The notes beneath the pieces were generated by a model. The model searched no databases. It saw nothing but the letters and a program-made list of their open reading frames with translations, and had not been told where the DNA came from. This document shows, piece by piece, positions 28,061 through 43,777 of a stretch of 64,000 nt of DNA (positions within the stretch are counted from its first letter, which is position 1; each line of letters opens with the position of its first letter). The translations under genes and the position numbers were made by a program. This stretch comes from the human T2T-CHM13v2.0 reference genome, Homo sapiens: NCBI RefSeq assembly GCF_009914755.1, contig NC_060931.1. One strand, 5' to 3'.

Positions 28061-28724
28061 TTCCTGATCAATTTTAATGTTTATATATTGTTTCCCAGTA
28101 AAGTACTGACACCATATTGTCACGTTTTTCATAATTGTTTTTCTTAATTTTGGAGGAATATTTCAAGGAATAGTATATCTTACTGTGAAAAAACATTTAC
28201 TTGAAGTTATAAGTCAAATTATGTTTAATATATTTCATTAACACAGCCTGCTATTTGAGAAAATTAAATTCATAAAATATTAATCCTATTTTTGTAAAGA
28301 TATTTGTATTCTAGAATTGCATTCATGGAATATTGTCAATGGATATCTGTGAGTGTTAATATATGAGAGGATTTTTAAAAATCCTCTGTACTTTCATATA
28401 AATTTTTAAATAATAAACGTGTTTTCCACAAACAAGTTCATGGGTTCAAAGCTGAAGATCACAATTATGTTGCATAAAAATGTTTACGTAGTGATAAATT
28501 TTAAAAGTATAGACTATAAAAGAGGATATATATTGTATGATGCCAAATATATATTTTAAACGTACACACATACACAGAAAAGAAGTGGTAACATTTTATC
28601 AGTGCTTCAGGGATTAGGGATAAATTTTCCCCTCAAAATCTGAAATGTAATTAGGTTACCTGCATGATGAAAAAAATGTAAAGTAACTAATCGTTTTGCT
28701 GCTTCTGTTAAAAATTCTCTTCCT

Positions 28725-28851
28725 ATGCCAGGCACCTTGGCTCATGCCTATAATCTCAGCTCTTTGGCAGGCTGAGGCAGGAGGATCACTTGACTGCAGG
28801 AGTTCAGGACCAGCCTGGGCAATATAGTAAGAGCCTGTCTCTACCAAAAAA

Positions 28852-28885
<34 letters not shown>

Positions 28886-28888
28886 TAT
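28725..28888 (+). mobile_element. Alu monomer (FLAM-like) with A-tail and (TA)n
   Basis: Single arm followed by an A-run and TA repeats. Confidence 0.8.
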
Positions 28889-29306
28889 TTTTACGTTCTC
28901 TTTCTATTATCCCAATCATAGTAAGAATCCCAATAATAAAAGAAGTAGGCTTTAAGAAAGTTTAGGATTTCTTTGCCTACTTGGGGCAAGGAGGTAACTA
29001 TTGCGGCTTTGCATAAACAAAGATCATGTACCTGTCAAAAAATGACTTAATTTTAAAAAGTGATGGTAGTATTAAATCCAAACTGAAGGCAGAATATACC
29101 CCAGCTTTCATTATAGAGTGAAGACTCATCATGCAGGACGTTGGCTGAAACGAAAGGACACCACCCGAGGCGTGAAACATCGCCATGGATGTTCTTGGAA
29201 AGACATCTGCTGCTCTGGCACGCAAATGCTGTCTCCGAGGGCTCGTGCCATATGCACCAGCTGGTGGATCCTGCTGCCTCCCTGCACATGTACGGAAGCC
29301 ACGTAC

Positions 29307-29465
29307 CGAACCTGGTTCTCCAAGAAGTGCATGTAGCGGTAAAGCAGTGTGTAGGAGGGAGAGAGGATGCCCACAGACTTCATCCGCGCGCCACGTTCCA
29401 GCTCGCTCTCCACGGGCATGTTGGCAAAGCAGGCCAGGCCGAAGAAGGGCCCCTTTCGGAAATAG
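29307..29465 (-). CDS. DENND11: DENND11 exon 3 ([13 protein letters not shown]...LENQVR)
   Basis: Acceptor ctcttctAG; donor CG|GTACGT; 159 nt; in frame. Confidence 0.95.
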
Positions 29466-30387
29466 CTAGAAGAGACCAAATACGTAGTGTGGCTCAAGAT
29501 CAGAGAGGAATTTTGAGATGCAATCCTAAACAAAACAAATGAACTGTGTTCGGGGCTGTCAATGACAAAGCTCAGCCTCAAGAAAACAAGCGGGCCAAGC
29601 CACATGACCTCACTGATGAGCTTGAAGAGATTACATAACTTGCCAAGGGTCACTTGGCTGGAGCTGGGACTTAGTCCGTGGCAAGCCTGCCGCTCAGCTG
29701 CCCACAATCATGGACACATCTCTTCTCTCCTGCACCACGACTAATGACTTGGATGGGTGAAGCAGAACCAACATTCCTCTTCAGGCTCCTCTGGAACTTG
29801 GACTCTCTTTCGTAGCATAAACCACAGTGATTCTTCCCTTACTTCCTGAGGCTCTGATATTTTTCACTGAGCTGCCATTTTATTTCCTCCTCTTCTCACA
29901 CTTGTATCAATCATGAATTAAGCCCCATGAGGAGATTAAAGCCACTTCATTACCCTTAAGCTCTTTCCATTGTTCCTTCTCGCAAAACTCTCTGAATGCC
30001 CCACTACACAGGACTAAAAAATGGCCTTACTTAAAGCTGAAATTTCAAGGTTGAACACATAGATATCCTCAGTTAACTCACACGGGGCTGAAACTGTGCA
30101 CTTTCATTAAAACCAAACCTCAAGTGAGGTCCATGTAATTTCTGAGAAAGTGAGAGAACCTCTACAGGCAGGGATTCTTAAGATTTGCAGGTCATGAAGC
30201 CCATTGAGAATCTGATGAAAGCTAGACATCTCACTAGAAAAATGATGTAAACACAAAACTATCCATGTATTTTCAAGGCATTTACACACAGCACACGAAG
30301 ACCTCCTAATAAGAGCCCTTCAGCTTTGGGGAAAGTGTGGAGGTGGGGGGAATGGTACGAAGATGACTCCAGTTCAGAAGTACTTAC

Positions 30388-30487
30388 ATGAAATCAGATT
30401 GGATTTTATGGGACCCACTGGCCATAGACTTGAACTCAACACCTTCAAGGTCAATATCTTGAGGTAAGCACCATTCTACCATGTTTC
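30388..30487 (-). CDS. DENND11: DENND11 exon 2 ([10 protein letters not shown]...KIQSDFI)
   Basis: Acceptor ccttttcctgcAG; donor AT|GTAAGT; 100 nt; phase matches exons 1 and 3. Confidence 0.95.
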
Positions 30488-31292
30488 CTGCAGGAAAAGG
30501 AAGATGCAAGTTAAAAGAAACAACATCATTCAAAGAAAATGGGTTAGTACAGGGCTTAGCACACATGGCTTTTCAATAAACCGACTGCTGACTCAGCCTC
30601 AGACAGACCAGCGAGATGCTCAGAGCTCAGCCCCTCCATCACTGGCAGGGGTGACGCCGGAGGACGTGGAGGTGGACACTAAAAGAACCTCCCATTTCTG
30701 CCCTCAAACACTGTTCTCCTCCCTCATGAGGATGCTGCGTTTGCTTCTGTCATTCTGCTCAACCACTTCCAAATCTGCTTTTTGTAGCCTCACTTCTCTG
30801 CATGTTTTTTTAACCTTCCACCCTCATTTCCTTATCTTGTGTTCTCCCCTTAATCCCTTGAGATCTTGATTCTATCTATAGCCACTAATGACTGGGAAAA
30901 AATCCCAAAACATTTTTTAAATTCTCATTCTCGTTTACCTCTAGGTAGCATTTGCTAATTCCTCAAACATTTCTCCTCTTTTTCCTGGATTTTCATGATA
31001 GAATACTATTTTAGTGCTTTTCCTACCTCTCTGACCAATGTAACTCTGTTTCCCCTCCTCTCTCTCTCCTCTCTAAGTGAGGTCCTTCTTCAAGGGACAA
31101 TGATATTTGCTTCCAGAATTTTGGGACTCATTCACTCATCATTGATTATTCAGTTTCTCCTGAGCTAGATGCTGGAGATACAAAGTCCCTGACCTCAGTG
31201 AGATTAGATTCCAGAGAGAAATGAGGAGAGCTAGAGGAGATCAGCAGTTACAGTGCAGTGGGATCAATGTTATGACAGAGGATAAGGTGCGA

Positions 31293-31909
<617 letters not shown>

Positions 31910-32983
31910 AAAGTAGGATTTTAAAAGTACAAGCATGCCTCGGGCTGCGGGAATCAGGGAACTACACAATAGCAGTGTTATCTAGAGTCTTGAGAGAACA
32001 CTATAGAATACTCCCTGTTGTTTTCATGCATATTCAAAAGGGTTTAAAGCAAAACACTAAGCTATTTGTGAGATTTCATTTCAGAACAAACTTCTTATTA
32101 ACACTCCAAATCCTAATTTGCTAGGCATTAGAAAAACCAACAATGATCCCAGCCAAACAACGCTTTCAGATAATTGTTCAGGGCATCAGGGAATACACAA
32201 TCTAGTCTCAGGACATGGTAGATATCATAGAGCATTGTCGAATCTCACACTCAACAGCCCAAGTCACTTTCAAATAGTTTATTTTCAAAAGAGGAATTAT
32301 GATTCTGATCATTTAGTCAATTCACTAAAGTGAAAAGCATGAAAAAGGAATTAAGAGTTCATAAAGCAGAAAGCCTCGAACAATGTTATGTTTGTCAGGG
32401 TCAAAGATAAGAAAAAGCACTCAGAAAGAAAGAGGGGTGACCTTGGGGATAAGACGAGTTTTTTAAGCACCAAGTTCCCCCACGCTTTCCTATATTTTCC
32501 CCTACCATCCATGTCTATTACCTTCACAGTCCAGTCGTTTTTTTCCTGTGGAATGCATCAGGACAGCTAGGGAGCTTTAAAAGGTGCCAGGGGCTACCCT
32601 AGGTCTATAGAATCACCATCTTCCCTGCCCTGCCACAGGGTGATTCTGCTGATGCATGCCAGCAATAAGAGCCCCTGCTTGGGCCTCTGTATACACGCTC
32701 CTAACGCTTAACAGTGGCAGTATATGGTCAGCAGAGGAAAGGGACTGTCTGGGACAGAGCTACAATGACCCTCGATAGGCTCTGTCCTCCTCATACTCAA
32801 CCAACCTGCTTCTTCTAATACTTACTGCCTTGTTTACCCACACGCCACACATTACGGGGTTCAGCTAGCTCAAATTTAGCTTCTTTCCTCCAACCCAGCC
32901 TGCCCATGACTACTCAGTGTCTTAAAACTTTATTTACCCAAATGTTATATTGAAGTATAGCATAAGTATAGAAAAGTGCAAAG

Positions 32984-33447
32984 ATGTTTATTGCAGCACT
33001 ATTCACAATAGCAAAGACATGGAATCAACCCAAATGCCTATCAATGGTAGACCGGATAAAGAAAATGCGGTACATATACACCGTAGAATACTATGCAGCC
33101 ATAAAAAGGAATGAGATCATGTCCTTTGCAGGGACATGGATGGAGCTGGAAGCCATTATCCTCAGCAAACTAACATGGGAACAGAAACCCAAACACAGCA
33201 TGTTCTCACTCATAAGTGGGAGCTGAACAATGAGAACACATGGACACAGGGAAGGGAACAACACACACCAGGTCCTGTCAGCAGGGAAGGGGAAGAAAAA
33301 GCATCAGAATAAATAGCTAACACATGCAGGGCTTAATACCTAGGTGATGGGTTGAGAGGTGCAGCAAACCACCATGGCACATGTTTACCTATGTAACAAA
33401 CCTGCACATCCTGCACATGTATCCTGGAACTTAAACTTTTAAAAAAA
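32984..33447 (+). mobile_element. 5'-truncated L1PA-family 3' end
   Basis: ORF2 C-terminus MFIAALFTIAKTWNQPKC...SLISGS plus L1 3'UTR; TSD AAAAGTGCA(C)AAAG. Confidence 0.9.
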
Positions 33448-33834
33448 GTGCACAAAGTACAACTCAATGGATTTTCCCAAAGTAAACATATTTGTGTAAG
33501 TAGCACCCAGATCAAGAAGCTGAAAGAACATTATTTGTACAACAGAAACCTCCCTCATAGCAGCTCCAAGTCATTAACCCTCTCTCATGAATTAGCTTAG
33601 CCTCTTCTGAGTTTCTACAAAATGTAATTATAGTTTGCTTTTATGTCTTTTATGTCATCCATGCTGATGTGTGTAGCAACAGTTTGTTCATCTATTACTT
33701 CTATCATATGCATGTAGCAGTTTACCTGCTTAACTGGTGATGCACATTTAGGTTACTTCCAATTTGAAGTTACAGCAACGGGCACTGCTGTAAACAATCC
33801 TGTATTTGCCATCTGCTGAAATAGCGTAAAGTGG

Positions 33835-34430
33835 CATTGTAATGCATTGACCTGGTTGGGCTGAACTATCCTTCTCAGAATTCCCTTCTTTGTATGTTTC
33901 CAGCTGAGATTTGGAAGTGAATCAGTAGCCACGTTATGTTTGCATCTGTAAGGTCAGTGCAGAAGGTCCACTGCATAGCTGCTTCTCTGCAGGCTTACTA
34001 GAGTGGTGAGGGGCAGCAGCCAGCCCTGATGATGCTGCAGCCACCATCCCTTGATCTTCCTTCAGTTTCTCTGACTCCTAAGCCAGGTGTATGTTTAGTT
34101 CCATAATAAAGGGCATCGGCTTCTCCTTAGGACACCCACATCACCAAAGCTGGATACAGTAACAGCCTGATCCGCGTTCCCACCTATCTTCATGAGTTTC
34201 AGCTTCTTACTCTTCCTTTTCCTCCTCCTCCTCCTCTTGTTCAGAAGTTTACTCTCTTCCTTCATAACTGTCTGCCCAGTAGACTTCAAACTCCAACATC
34301 AGATACAAAGAACAGCCTTATATAGATTGTCTAACAGCTCCCACAGTTGCATAAAACCAAATCCCTGCAACAAATTCCTTTATGTATCTCCTAGTTTTTT
34401 GGTTCCTCTGATTGAACTTTGACCAACACA
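33835..34430. mobile_element. ERVL-class LTR, subfamily uncertain
   Basis: ctgaactat..ttctcagaattcccttc...ctctgattgaac.ttgac.aacaca resembles ERVL LTR ends. Confidence 0.45.
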
Positions 34431-34829
34431 ATATGCACATTTCTACTGACTACATCCCTAGGAATAGAATTGCTTTAAAAATGTTTGCGTCACTGCAAAC
34501 TAAGACACTTTCAATGATTCCCAAAGTAGTATTTCCCAAGCTTAGGTTAATAGGGCTTCTGCAAAAAAGAAAACAAAATTTTGTGAAATGTGTGTGTTTT
34601 TGGCCAAATTATCTTAGCTTAAACAAAGCTAGACACATTCCTTTATTGAAGTACTTCTCAGAGCCTTTAATATGCCACTCTGCATCGTGAATCTCCGTGA
34701 GATCAATACAGTGCTTAATGTTTCCCCAAATTATCTTTTTTAAAGGAGTATCTTAAATCTTTTTAAAAGGAGTATCTTAAGAGACTAATTTTATAGAAGG
34801 CACTTTTTAAAAAAAAAAAGAAATACAGG

Positions 34830-35277
34830 TATATCAGGTGTGCAAGCTGTCCTTCCATATCCACTCTTCTCTTCTTATATGAATCAGAACCTGTTATTTT
34901 TAGCTTGGTGCATGGCCTTCCAAATGAAGGCTATGTTTCTCAGTACCTTCATGAGTGAATTCTGGTCAGTGTCATGTGGACAGAAATGAGGTGCATCACT
35001 TCCAGAAGGTGCCTGAAAGGCAAGGAGCACATTGCCCCTTTCTCCACCCTGCTACCTGGAATGTGGATGTAGCATCGTATCACAGAGGGGATGCTGGAGC
35101 CATTGGTCAACGTGGGTCTAGGTCCCTGGATGACCCTGGAGATTTGGGCCAGTATTCTAGCCCCAGGCTGCTATCACCTGATCGTTACATGAAAAAGAAA
35201 TAGACTCCTATCTTGATTATGCCACTGTTGATTTGGGCTTCTAGTATTCATGTCCAGCCTATGTCCTACTTAGTACA
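34830..35277 (+). mobile_element. MLT1J/K-like LTR
   Basis: Same degenerate motifs as the LTR at 24297. Confidence 0.55.
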
Positions 35278-36051
35278 GCTGACCTAGAAGATAAAGTCCC
35301 CATTCCTTAGCCTGGTTCTCAAACCCTCTTCCTTGCTCCTCTGTGCCTACCAAATCTAATTGCACAGAAATGGAAAGGAACAGAGGGAGCGAATGACATA
35401 CTGTTAGTTACATCCTTCACTCCTAGGTGGACATAAGCCCATCTGGGTTGGGAAGAAAGGTCCATTAGAGGCTGGCAAATCAAAGAACAGGGCACAGGCT
35501 CCAGAACACCACTCTGGGGAGAGGTATCCTTATCCCATGGCAAGCACATTCCTGCTGACAACTCCTTGAATGAAAGGGAAGTAGGTAGAGCTACTATGGC
35601 CCTTATCTCTACATATGATAATCATGTCTTTGACGTCTGTCTCTGCAGGAGTCTGTTAACTTTTACAAGGTGAGAATTTTCCTTGTCTTCACATTTCTAT
35701 ATAGTATCATGCCTTGCACAGGACAGAATGGGTATTTAAAAAAAAACAGATTTATTAAGGGCACGCATGTGTTTAAAAAAACTGATGAATTAGTGTTAAT
35801 TACCTTAGCAATAGTAATAATATTGTAGTTACATAGGAAAATGTTCTTATCCTTAGAAGGTTTATACTCAAACGTTTAGGAGTGACATATTATCATATCT
35901 GTGACTTACTTTCAAATGGTTCAGGAAAAAAAGGCATATCCATATCTGTATATAGTCAGTTCTACTTTTATCACTTACTGGATTTGTGTCAATGCAACAG
36001 ATGTACTTGAGAGCAATTTGAGCACAGGGAATTTCATATTCACTTATGCTA

Positions 36052-37985
36052 TAGACTCAATGCAATCCCAATCAAAATCCCAGCAAATTATTTTGCGGAT
36101 ATCGACAAGTTAATTCCAAAGCTTACATGGAAAGGCAAGAGACCCCAAATAGCCAACATAATACTGAAGAACAATAAAATTGGAAGACGAACAATGCACC
36201 CAACTTCGAGACTTATATAAAATTAATCAAGAGAGTAGGTATTGGTGAAATATCAGACAAATAGATTAATGGAACAGAATAGAGAGCCTTGAAACAGACC
36301 CACACAAATCAATCACATAATCTTTGCCAAAGGAACAAAGGCAATATAATGGAGAAAAGACAGTCTTTACAATAAATGGTGCTGAAACAAGTGGACATCT
36401 ACATGCAAAGCAATGAAACTAGACACCTACTTTACCCCTTTCACAAAAATTTATTCAATATGGAAAGTAGCTAGCCTAGGCAACATAGCGAGACCCTGTC
36501 TCTACAAAAAATTAAAAAAAAAAATTAGCCAGGCATGGTGGTGTGTGCCTGTCGTGCTAGCTACCTGGGAGGCTGGGGTGGGAGGATCACTTGAGCCCAG
36601 GAGTTCAAGGCTACAAGGAGCTGTGCTCACTCCACTGCATCCCAACCCAGGCAAAAGAGTGAGACCCTGTCTCTAAAATAATAATAATTTTTTAAAATAT
36701 GTAAACCAAAATGTAAAATGCAGAATTATAAAATTTCTAGAAGATAACACAGGAGAAAAATCTGGGTGACTTTGGGTTTAGCAATGAGTTTCTAGATATA
36801 ATACTAACAGCACAATTCATGAAGGAAAAATGGATATATTGGACTTCATTAAAATTTAAAACTTCTGATCTATGAGAGACACTATTAAGGGAACGAAAAG
36901 ACAAGCCACAGACTGAGAGAAGATATTTGCAAAACACATATCTGATAAAGGACTGTTATCTAAAATATACGAAGAATTCATAAAACTCAACAATAAGAAA
37001 ACAATCCAACTTTTTAAAAGGGTAAAAGATCTGAACAGACAACTGATCAAGGAAGATACACAGATGGCAAATGACATGATGTTGACTATTTTTTCATATG
37101 CTCATTACGCAATTGCAAATTAAAATAACAATGAGATATCATGACACACATATCAGAATGGCTAACATTCAAAACACCAAATGCTGATGAGGATGTGGGA
37201 CAGCAGGAATTCATTGCTGGTGGGAATATAAAATGGCACAACCACTTTGAAAGACAGTTTGGCAGTTTTTTACAAAACTAACATGTTATTATCAAATGAC
37301 CCAGCAACGATGCACCTTTGTATTTATCCAAATGAGCTGAAAACTTACATCCACACAAAACCTGCACACAGATGTTTGCAGCAGCTTTATTCACAATGGC
37401 CCAAAACTGGAAAACAACCATGATGTCCTTCATAGGTGAATGGATAAATAAAACGTGAGATATCCATACAAGGAAATACTCTATAGCAATACAGAAAAAT
37501 GAGCTATCAAGCCATGAAGAGACATGGAGGAACTTTAAATGCATGTAGCTAAATAAGAGAAGCCAGCCTGAAAAGGCTACATACTATATGATTTCAACTA
37601 TGTGACATTCTGGGAAAGGCAAAATTATAGAGACAATAAAAAGATCAATAGGAAGGGAGGGATGAATAGGTCAAGCATAGGATCTTTAGGGCAGTGAAAC
37701 TATTCTGTATGATACTGTTATGGTGGATACATAACATCGTGCATGTTTCAAAACCCATTGAACTGTACAACAGTGAACCTTAATGCAAACTATGGATTTA
37801 AATAAACAATAATGTATCAATATTAGTTCATCAATTATAACAAATATACCACACTAATGAAAGATGTTAATAAAGGGAAATTATATGTGTATGAGTGAGG
37901 GGGAGGTAGTATATGGGAACTCTGTACTTTCTGCTCAGTTTTTCTGTAAAACTAAAATTGCTCTAAAAAATAAAATACATTAATT
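36052..37985 (+). mobile_element. L1MB-like ORF2 3' part and 3'UTR, interrupted by a partial Alu (~36470-36690)
   Basis: atgcaatcccaatcaaaatccc, atagatt aatggaacagaatagagag, gaaagccag.ctgaaaaggctacatact and a 3' end with AATAAA. Confidence 0.85.
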
Positions 37986-38098
37986 ATTTAAAAAAACCTA
38001 ATTGATGAATTAACCTAAATTAACTGCCCTAAGAGTGGCAATGATACTATGGTGATGTAGAAAAATAGCCTTATTCTTAGGAGATTTATACTGAAGTA

Positions 38099-39045
<947 letters not shown>

Positions 39046-42000
39046 GTAAGAATAAAGCAAATGGGGCAAAATGTCAATAAACGGGGACTCTAAGTGAAAG
39101 ACATACAGGTTTTCACTGCACTATTCTTTCAACTTTTCAAAACATTTCAACTTACAAATTGGGGAAAATAATTGAAATAATAGCAATGTGAAAAAAAGGA
39201 GAGCATAAAGGACTTTGCAAAAGCCAAAAATAATTGAGGCAATGCACCACAGATAATAGGGAATGAAGCGCTATCAGGGCTTGAAGTTATCCTACAGAAA
39301 CATTACAAATGAAAACCAGCTTACATATGGAATTTGAGGAGACTTAATGGAAAGTGATTTTGCATAATTAGTAATCCTTATGGGATGCCATTTAATACCA
39401 GAAAGAAACTCATCCTGACTGCTACTTATCCCAGGCTCAGTCTTCACATTCCATGCTTTTAGGTTTTCCAGATATCCTCACTGTATTAAGAACTCAGCCA
39501 GGGAGCTGGGGCCTGGAAGATTCAACAAAAGAGGTCATCTCATGGCTAGTCCATCAAAGAGAGGAGGTGCCAGTGACAAGTGCCTTTTTCTCCCCTAACT
39601 TGCTCTCTTTCCATCTCTGTGTCCTTTCTCATCTTGGACCATGACTTGGACCTATTACAGGTACTTACAGGCACTTCCTAGCCTCTACTGCAAAGACAAC
39701 TTCTGAGGAGGGATTCACATGACCACGGGAGGCACAAATGTGGCAATATGCATTGTGTACATTCAGCTGGTCATTGAACAAATATTGGTGGAGCACAACT
39801 TGGCAGCACGGTGCCTGCCAGGTGCTGAGCTCATGCAAAGGCAAATATGTCTCTGTTTAAAGGAACTTGGACTAACCGACTACGAGGCTGGCAGCTCAGT
39901 TACCCAGGCAAAGCCAGAAGGTCAGTGTCGCGCCTGGCTGAGGATGTACAGATGGTCTGAACCCTGCCACTTCACAGCTCCAAAGGTCAGCCTGACAGCT
40001 CTGTGCACCAGGGCCTCCCAGAGCTGGGGTTTTATAAGCCCATGGGCTAGGCCAGAGGTAGGCTGTCCTATCTAGGTTGACCACTGCCTCTGTCTTCCAA
40101 AACTAGTTCTGTTTAAATGAGAAATGACCAAACCCCCAGCTGTCTTAAAATTCATCACTATTTCCTAGGGAGATTGGACATTAACTGCAGTAACTGCTGT
40201 CTGCTAGAAAGTTCACCTCAAAATATTTAAAATAGAGAAAGCAATGATCTTGAACCAAAACAATCTCTTTTTAATAGGAAATATGTGAATTTCTTCTTCC
40301 TCCTCTGTTAGATGGTTCCCAAGCAAGCACTTCCTCCTGAGCTCTTCATTTCCTATCCAGAGACTGCCTCAGCTGGAGATCCTCTTCCAGCTCCTCTGAC
40401 CTCAGGAGTGGAACTCCCACCCCAGCACGTGCCTGAGGTTTTACTCTTTCCACGGTTCTCTTCCCATCTGTGTATACATATGCCCTGATTGTAATCAGGA
40501 AGTCAAAACAAATCCTGTTTCAGGAATAAAGGCATGAATCAAAGAGTATTCTAGGTCCCAACAATACATTCCCTTCACATAACCACCTAAAGGGGCCATC
40601 AGATCCCACAGGTGGAAACCTCCAAAGAGTATTTGGTTCAGACCCTAACATCAGAAAAGTAAATAACCCAGGTGAGTTGACTTTGGGTCTTACATGGTTT
40701 GAAACAGTCTTAAAACCACCTAGTCTGAGAGCACATCCAAAGCAAAGAGAAAAGCATCAGGATAAAGAATCCTGAGTCAGGAAGAAGCTAATCCTGCTGA
40801 TTTAAAGTCAGCTATATGCCAATCCATGGCTGAATTCCAATGCATTCACTTTACAAAGAAAGACCTTCCATTTCACAGATCCCATATCATTCTCCACTGG
40901 GTGGTAGTGTGGTGTGGATAAGGGGTGCAGGTAGACTTGGGCTCTGGCCCTAACTTTAGACAACTTAATGGCTCTGTGCACCTGTTTTTCTCATGATGAT
41001 GGTGTAGTCTGTTGGGAGGATCAGAGGCAGGTCACTGAAACATGTGGCACAGTCCTTGGCACACAGCAGGCACTCAGGAGGTGGTGGGTATTACAATTAC
41101 CATTTTTATTTTCCCCTCCTCAATTTTCAAGAGAAGAAACTGACTTCACAGCAGATGGCTACAAACTGATTTCTCCCTGAAAACCACAAGCAGGTGAATC
41201 ACCAACAGCCTGGGAAAGATTCTACCCGGGTGGGATTAAGCAAATGAACCACAATTGTATTCCACTGGCATTAGGTGGAAATACAGGGGAAGGATGGCGA
41301 CATGACAGAGTTTCTCTTCCTGCGAGACGTTCTGGCCGGATATCAGAACAGGCTTTTTCTTTGCCTGCATTTGAGCTGTCCATGCTTACGACTGCTCTTT
41401 GCATCTTAAAATTGTCCTCCAAATTTTCCATTCACATTCTACTTTGTCACTTTCCCACCCATTGCTAGAGCCATTTATTATTTGCCACGAGTCAGATGAC
41501 CTGGGCAGCGCTCCAAGTGGTGCCTCAGACACCAGACCTAGCCCTATTCTCACTGGGCCTCCATCATCTCCATTGTTTAAAAAAAAAATGCTTATGTTTC
41601 ATAGACTATACAGGGAATCTACAGAGATTAAAATTAGTGTGTGTGATTTTAAATGTACTCATGTGACATAAACATAGAAGCGCTCGGATACATTAAATTA
41701 AATAGGTGTTTAGATGTAATCTGGGCACTGGCTAGAGGCTGAGGAACAGGTAGAAATTCATTCCCAAGAAGAAAGGGAGAAACATCTTGAAAACCTCAGC
41801 AGGTGATCTGCCTCTCACCTTACCCCTCCTCTTGCAAGCTGCCCCAGTACAAACACAGGGAGCACAGGAATTTCTCCCAGACACCCACAATAAAACTCTA
41901 AACGCAGCAGTGTAAAGTGAATCTCTTATAAAGAAACAGTCTAATGAGGCAGATGCAAAGATGTCCAGACATTGTATGTTCAAAGCTTCATCGGCCTCCA

Positions 42001-43744
42001 TCCTGCCCACACACAAGTCCTCAGCCACACGGTGATACCGCTCTTGCCACCATCTGGGGGCAGGGGTGTTCCCCAAGTGTGACAATATCCTCTCCTTTAA
42101 TTAAGCAGACTAAGAACATTTTACTAGAAGCCCAAATAATGAAGTAAAATTAAAATCAAGGCTCTAAATCATGGGGTTGAACAAAATGAAACAGCAATAT
42201 TCTGGCTTCCAACATCTTCCACCCAGCTTGCAGAGTTAGCATCTGGGTCTGGTTTCAATAGCAGCTTTGTGGCCCAGATGATCAGCACCACCATCCTAGG
42301 GCCCCCTGCTCCAGATGAGGACTGAGTGTATGTGTAAGCCTCACTTTGAACCTGAAGCCCCTAGTTCTTAAGTCACCTGTAGACTCAGCAACCATAATTT
42401 TCAATCCATGAGTCTGATGGAAATAAGCTTTAAGACTCTTTCTCTGATTCTTCCCACAGATGGCCAGCCTAGCTTTCTAAAACTTGTATCTAAAAGTGCA
42501 AAAGGATTACTCTTATTTCCACACCTTAGAGAATCACTGCATATATTCCTGCTCAAACACACACACACACACCCTTTCTAACAAGGATCCACCCCTCCTT
42601 TTCCCTCTTACTCTACTTCCTAATGAATGTACAGCTATGAATTCTCTTCTTCCTCTTTCACTCTCCCTCTCTCTCAGGCACACACACTGATTTGGACACA
42701 TGCCAACAGTTACCCACATTACATGGGAAGATGCACATAATGCCATGGCCTGGGCAGTAAGTGATGGGGGTGGCGGAGGGTTGAGGTGGGTGTGGGGTGG
42801 GGGGAGGAAGGATCTCCTAGGAGTGGAAACTGAGGACACAGGTGGGAGAGACATGGGGAAGTGGCTAAGCAGGCAGGCCAGCGAGAGAAACTAAACAGCA
42901 GACAAATCACACCTATGTAAGAACTTCTAAAATATGCTCTAATTTTGGTAAAGAAGTCAATATTCACTTTACCGCTTTTGGCAACACAGGCGAAGGAGGG
43001 GCAAAAGTCTGGGTGGGCCAATATTAAATAGGAACAAATAGCAGATCTGCCTCAGCAGTAAAGGGGGGAAGATGCTGGGCCAGTGATGGTCCAGCTCACT
43101 GTGCCACTATGGGCCTCACTCCACCGGAACCATCACACAAGGGGTACATCAGGCACTCTCTGAGGGCCCTGTCCTAGTGCTAACCTTGAGGCCCTCAGAA
43201 GCTCAGTAGCATTCATTCACTACATCTCCTACTTTTAAGATATATATAAAATAAAATTATATGGTACAAGGTCTATCAGAGTATTTTTACAGGAAGCAAA
43301 GTGCCATTTAGGACTAGGATAGATGACAAAAGAGACAAACACATTTATGGTCAGTAAAGGACTGCTTTCCCCCCACAAAAAAACACAAAAAAAACACAAG
43401 TTACAAGTGCTCCCTCTCACACTGCGCTCTCTCTTCCTCCCTCCTTTCTCCTCCATCCCTGGATAAGTAAGGATCAGGTGCCAGGGAGCAGGGGTTCAGG
43501 CAGCATAGTATACTAGAAAGACAATGGGACTTACAGTCAAGTATTTATTGGCTACTTAATATTCCCAAATTACCTAACCATCCCTGGTATGTTCCCTCAT
43601 TTACAAATTGGGTATAAATGATCATCAAATTACAGAGCAGTGATCAGAATAAATCAAACAGCATTATAGTAAAATGCCTGCACAAAATGTCTAAATGTGT
43701 TACAATCCCTTCTTTGCACAGTAGCCTTAGTCTGAAAACCATCA

Positions 43745-43746
<2 letters not shown>

Positions 43747-43774
<28 letters not shown>
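43747..43774. repeat. (CA)n microsatellite
   Basis: Direct read. Confidence 0.95.

Positions 43775-43777
<3 letters not shown>

Noticed and set aside
29129-29306. Read-through of the exon 3 donor giving an alternative C-terminus
   Set aside because: No convincing nearby minus-strand polyA signal seen; a ~59-codon open stretch is compatible with chance
29141-29542. 133-aa plus-strand ORF antisense to exon 3
   Set aside because: Antisense shadow of a coding exon; no promoter or splice context, no recognisable homology
32984-33226. 80-aa ORF MFIAALFTIAKTW...
   Set aside because: C-terminal remnant of L1 ORF2 in a 5'-truncated element, not a gene
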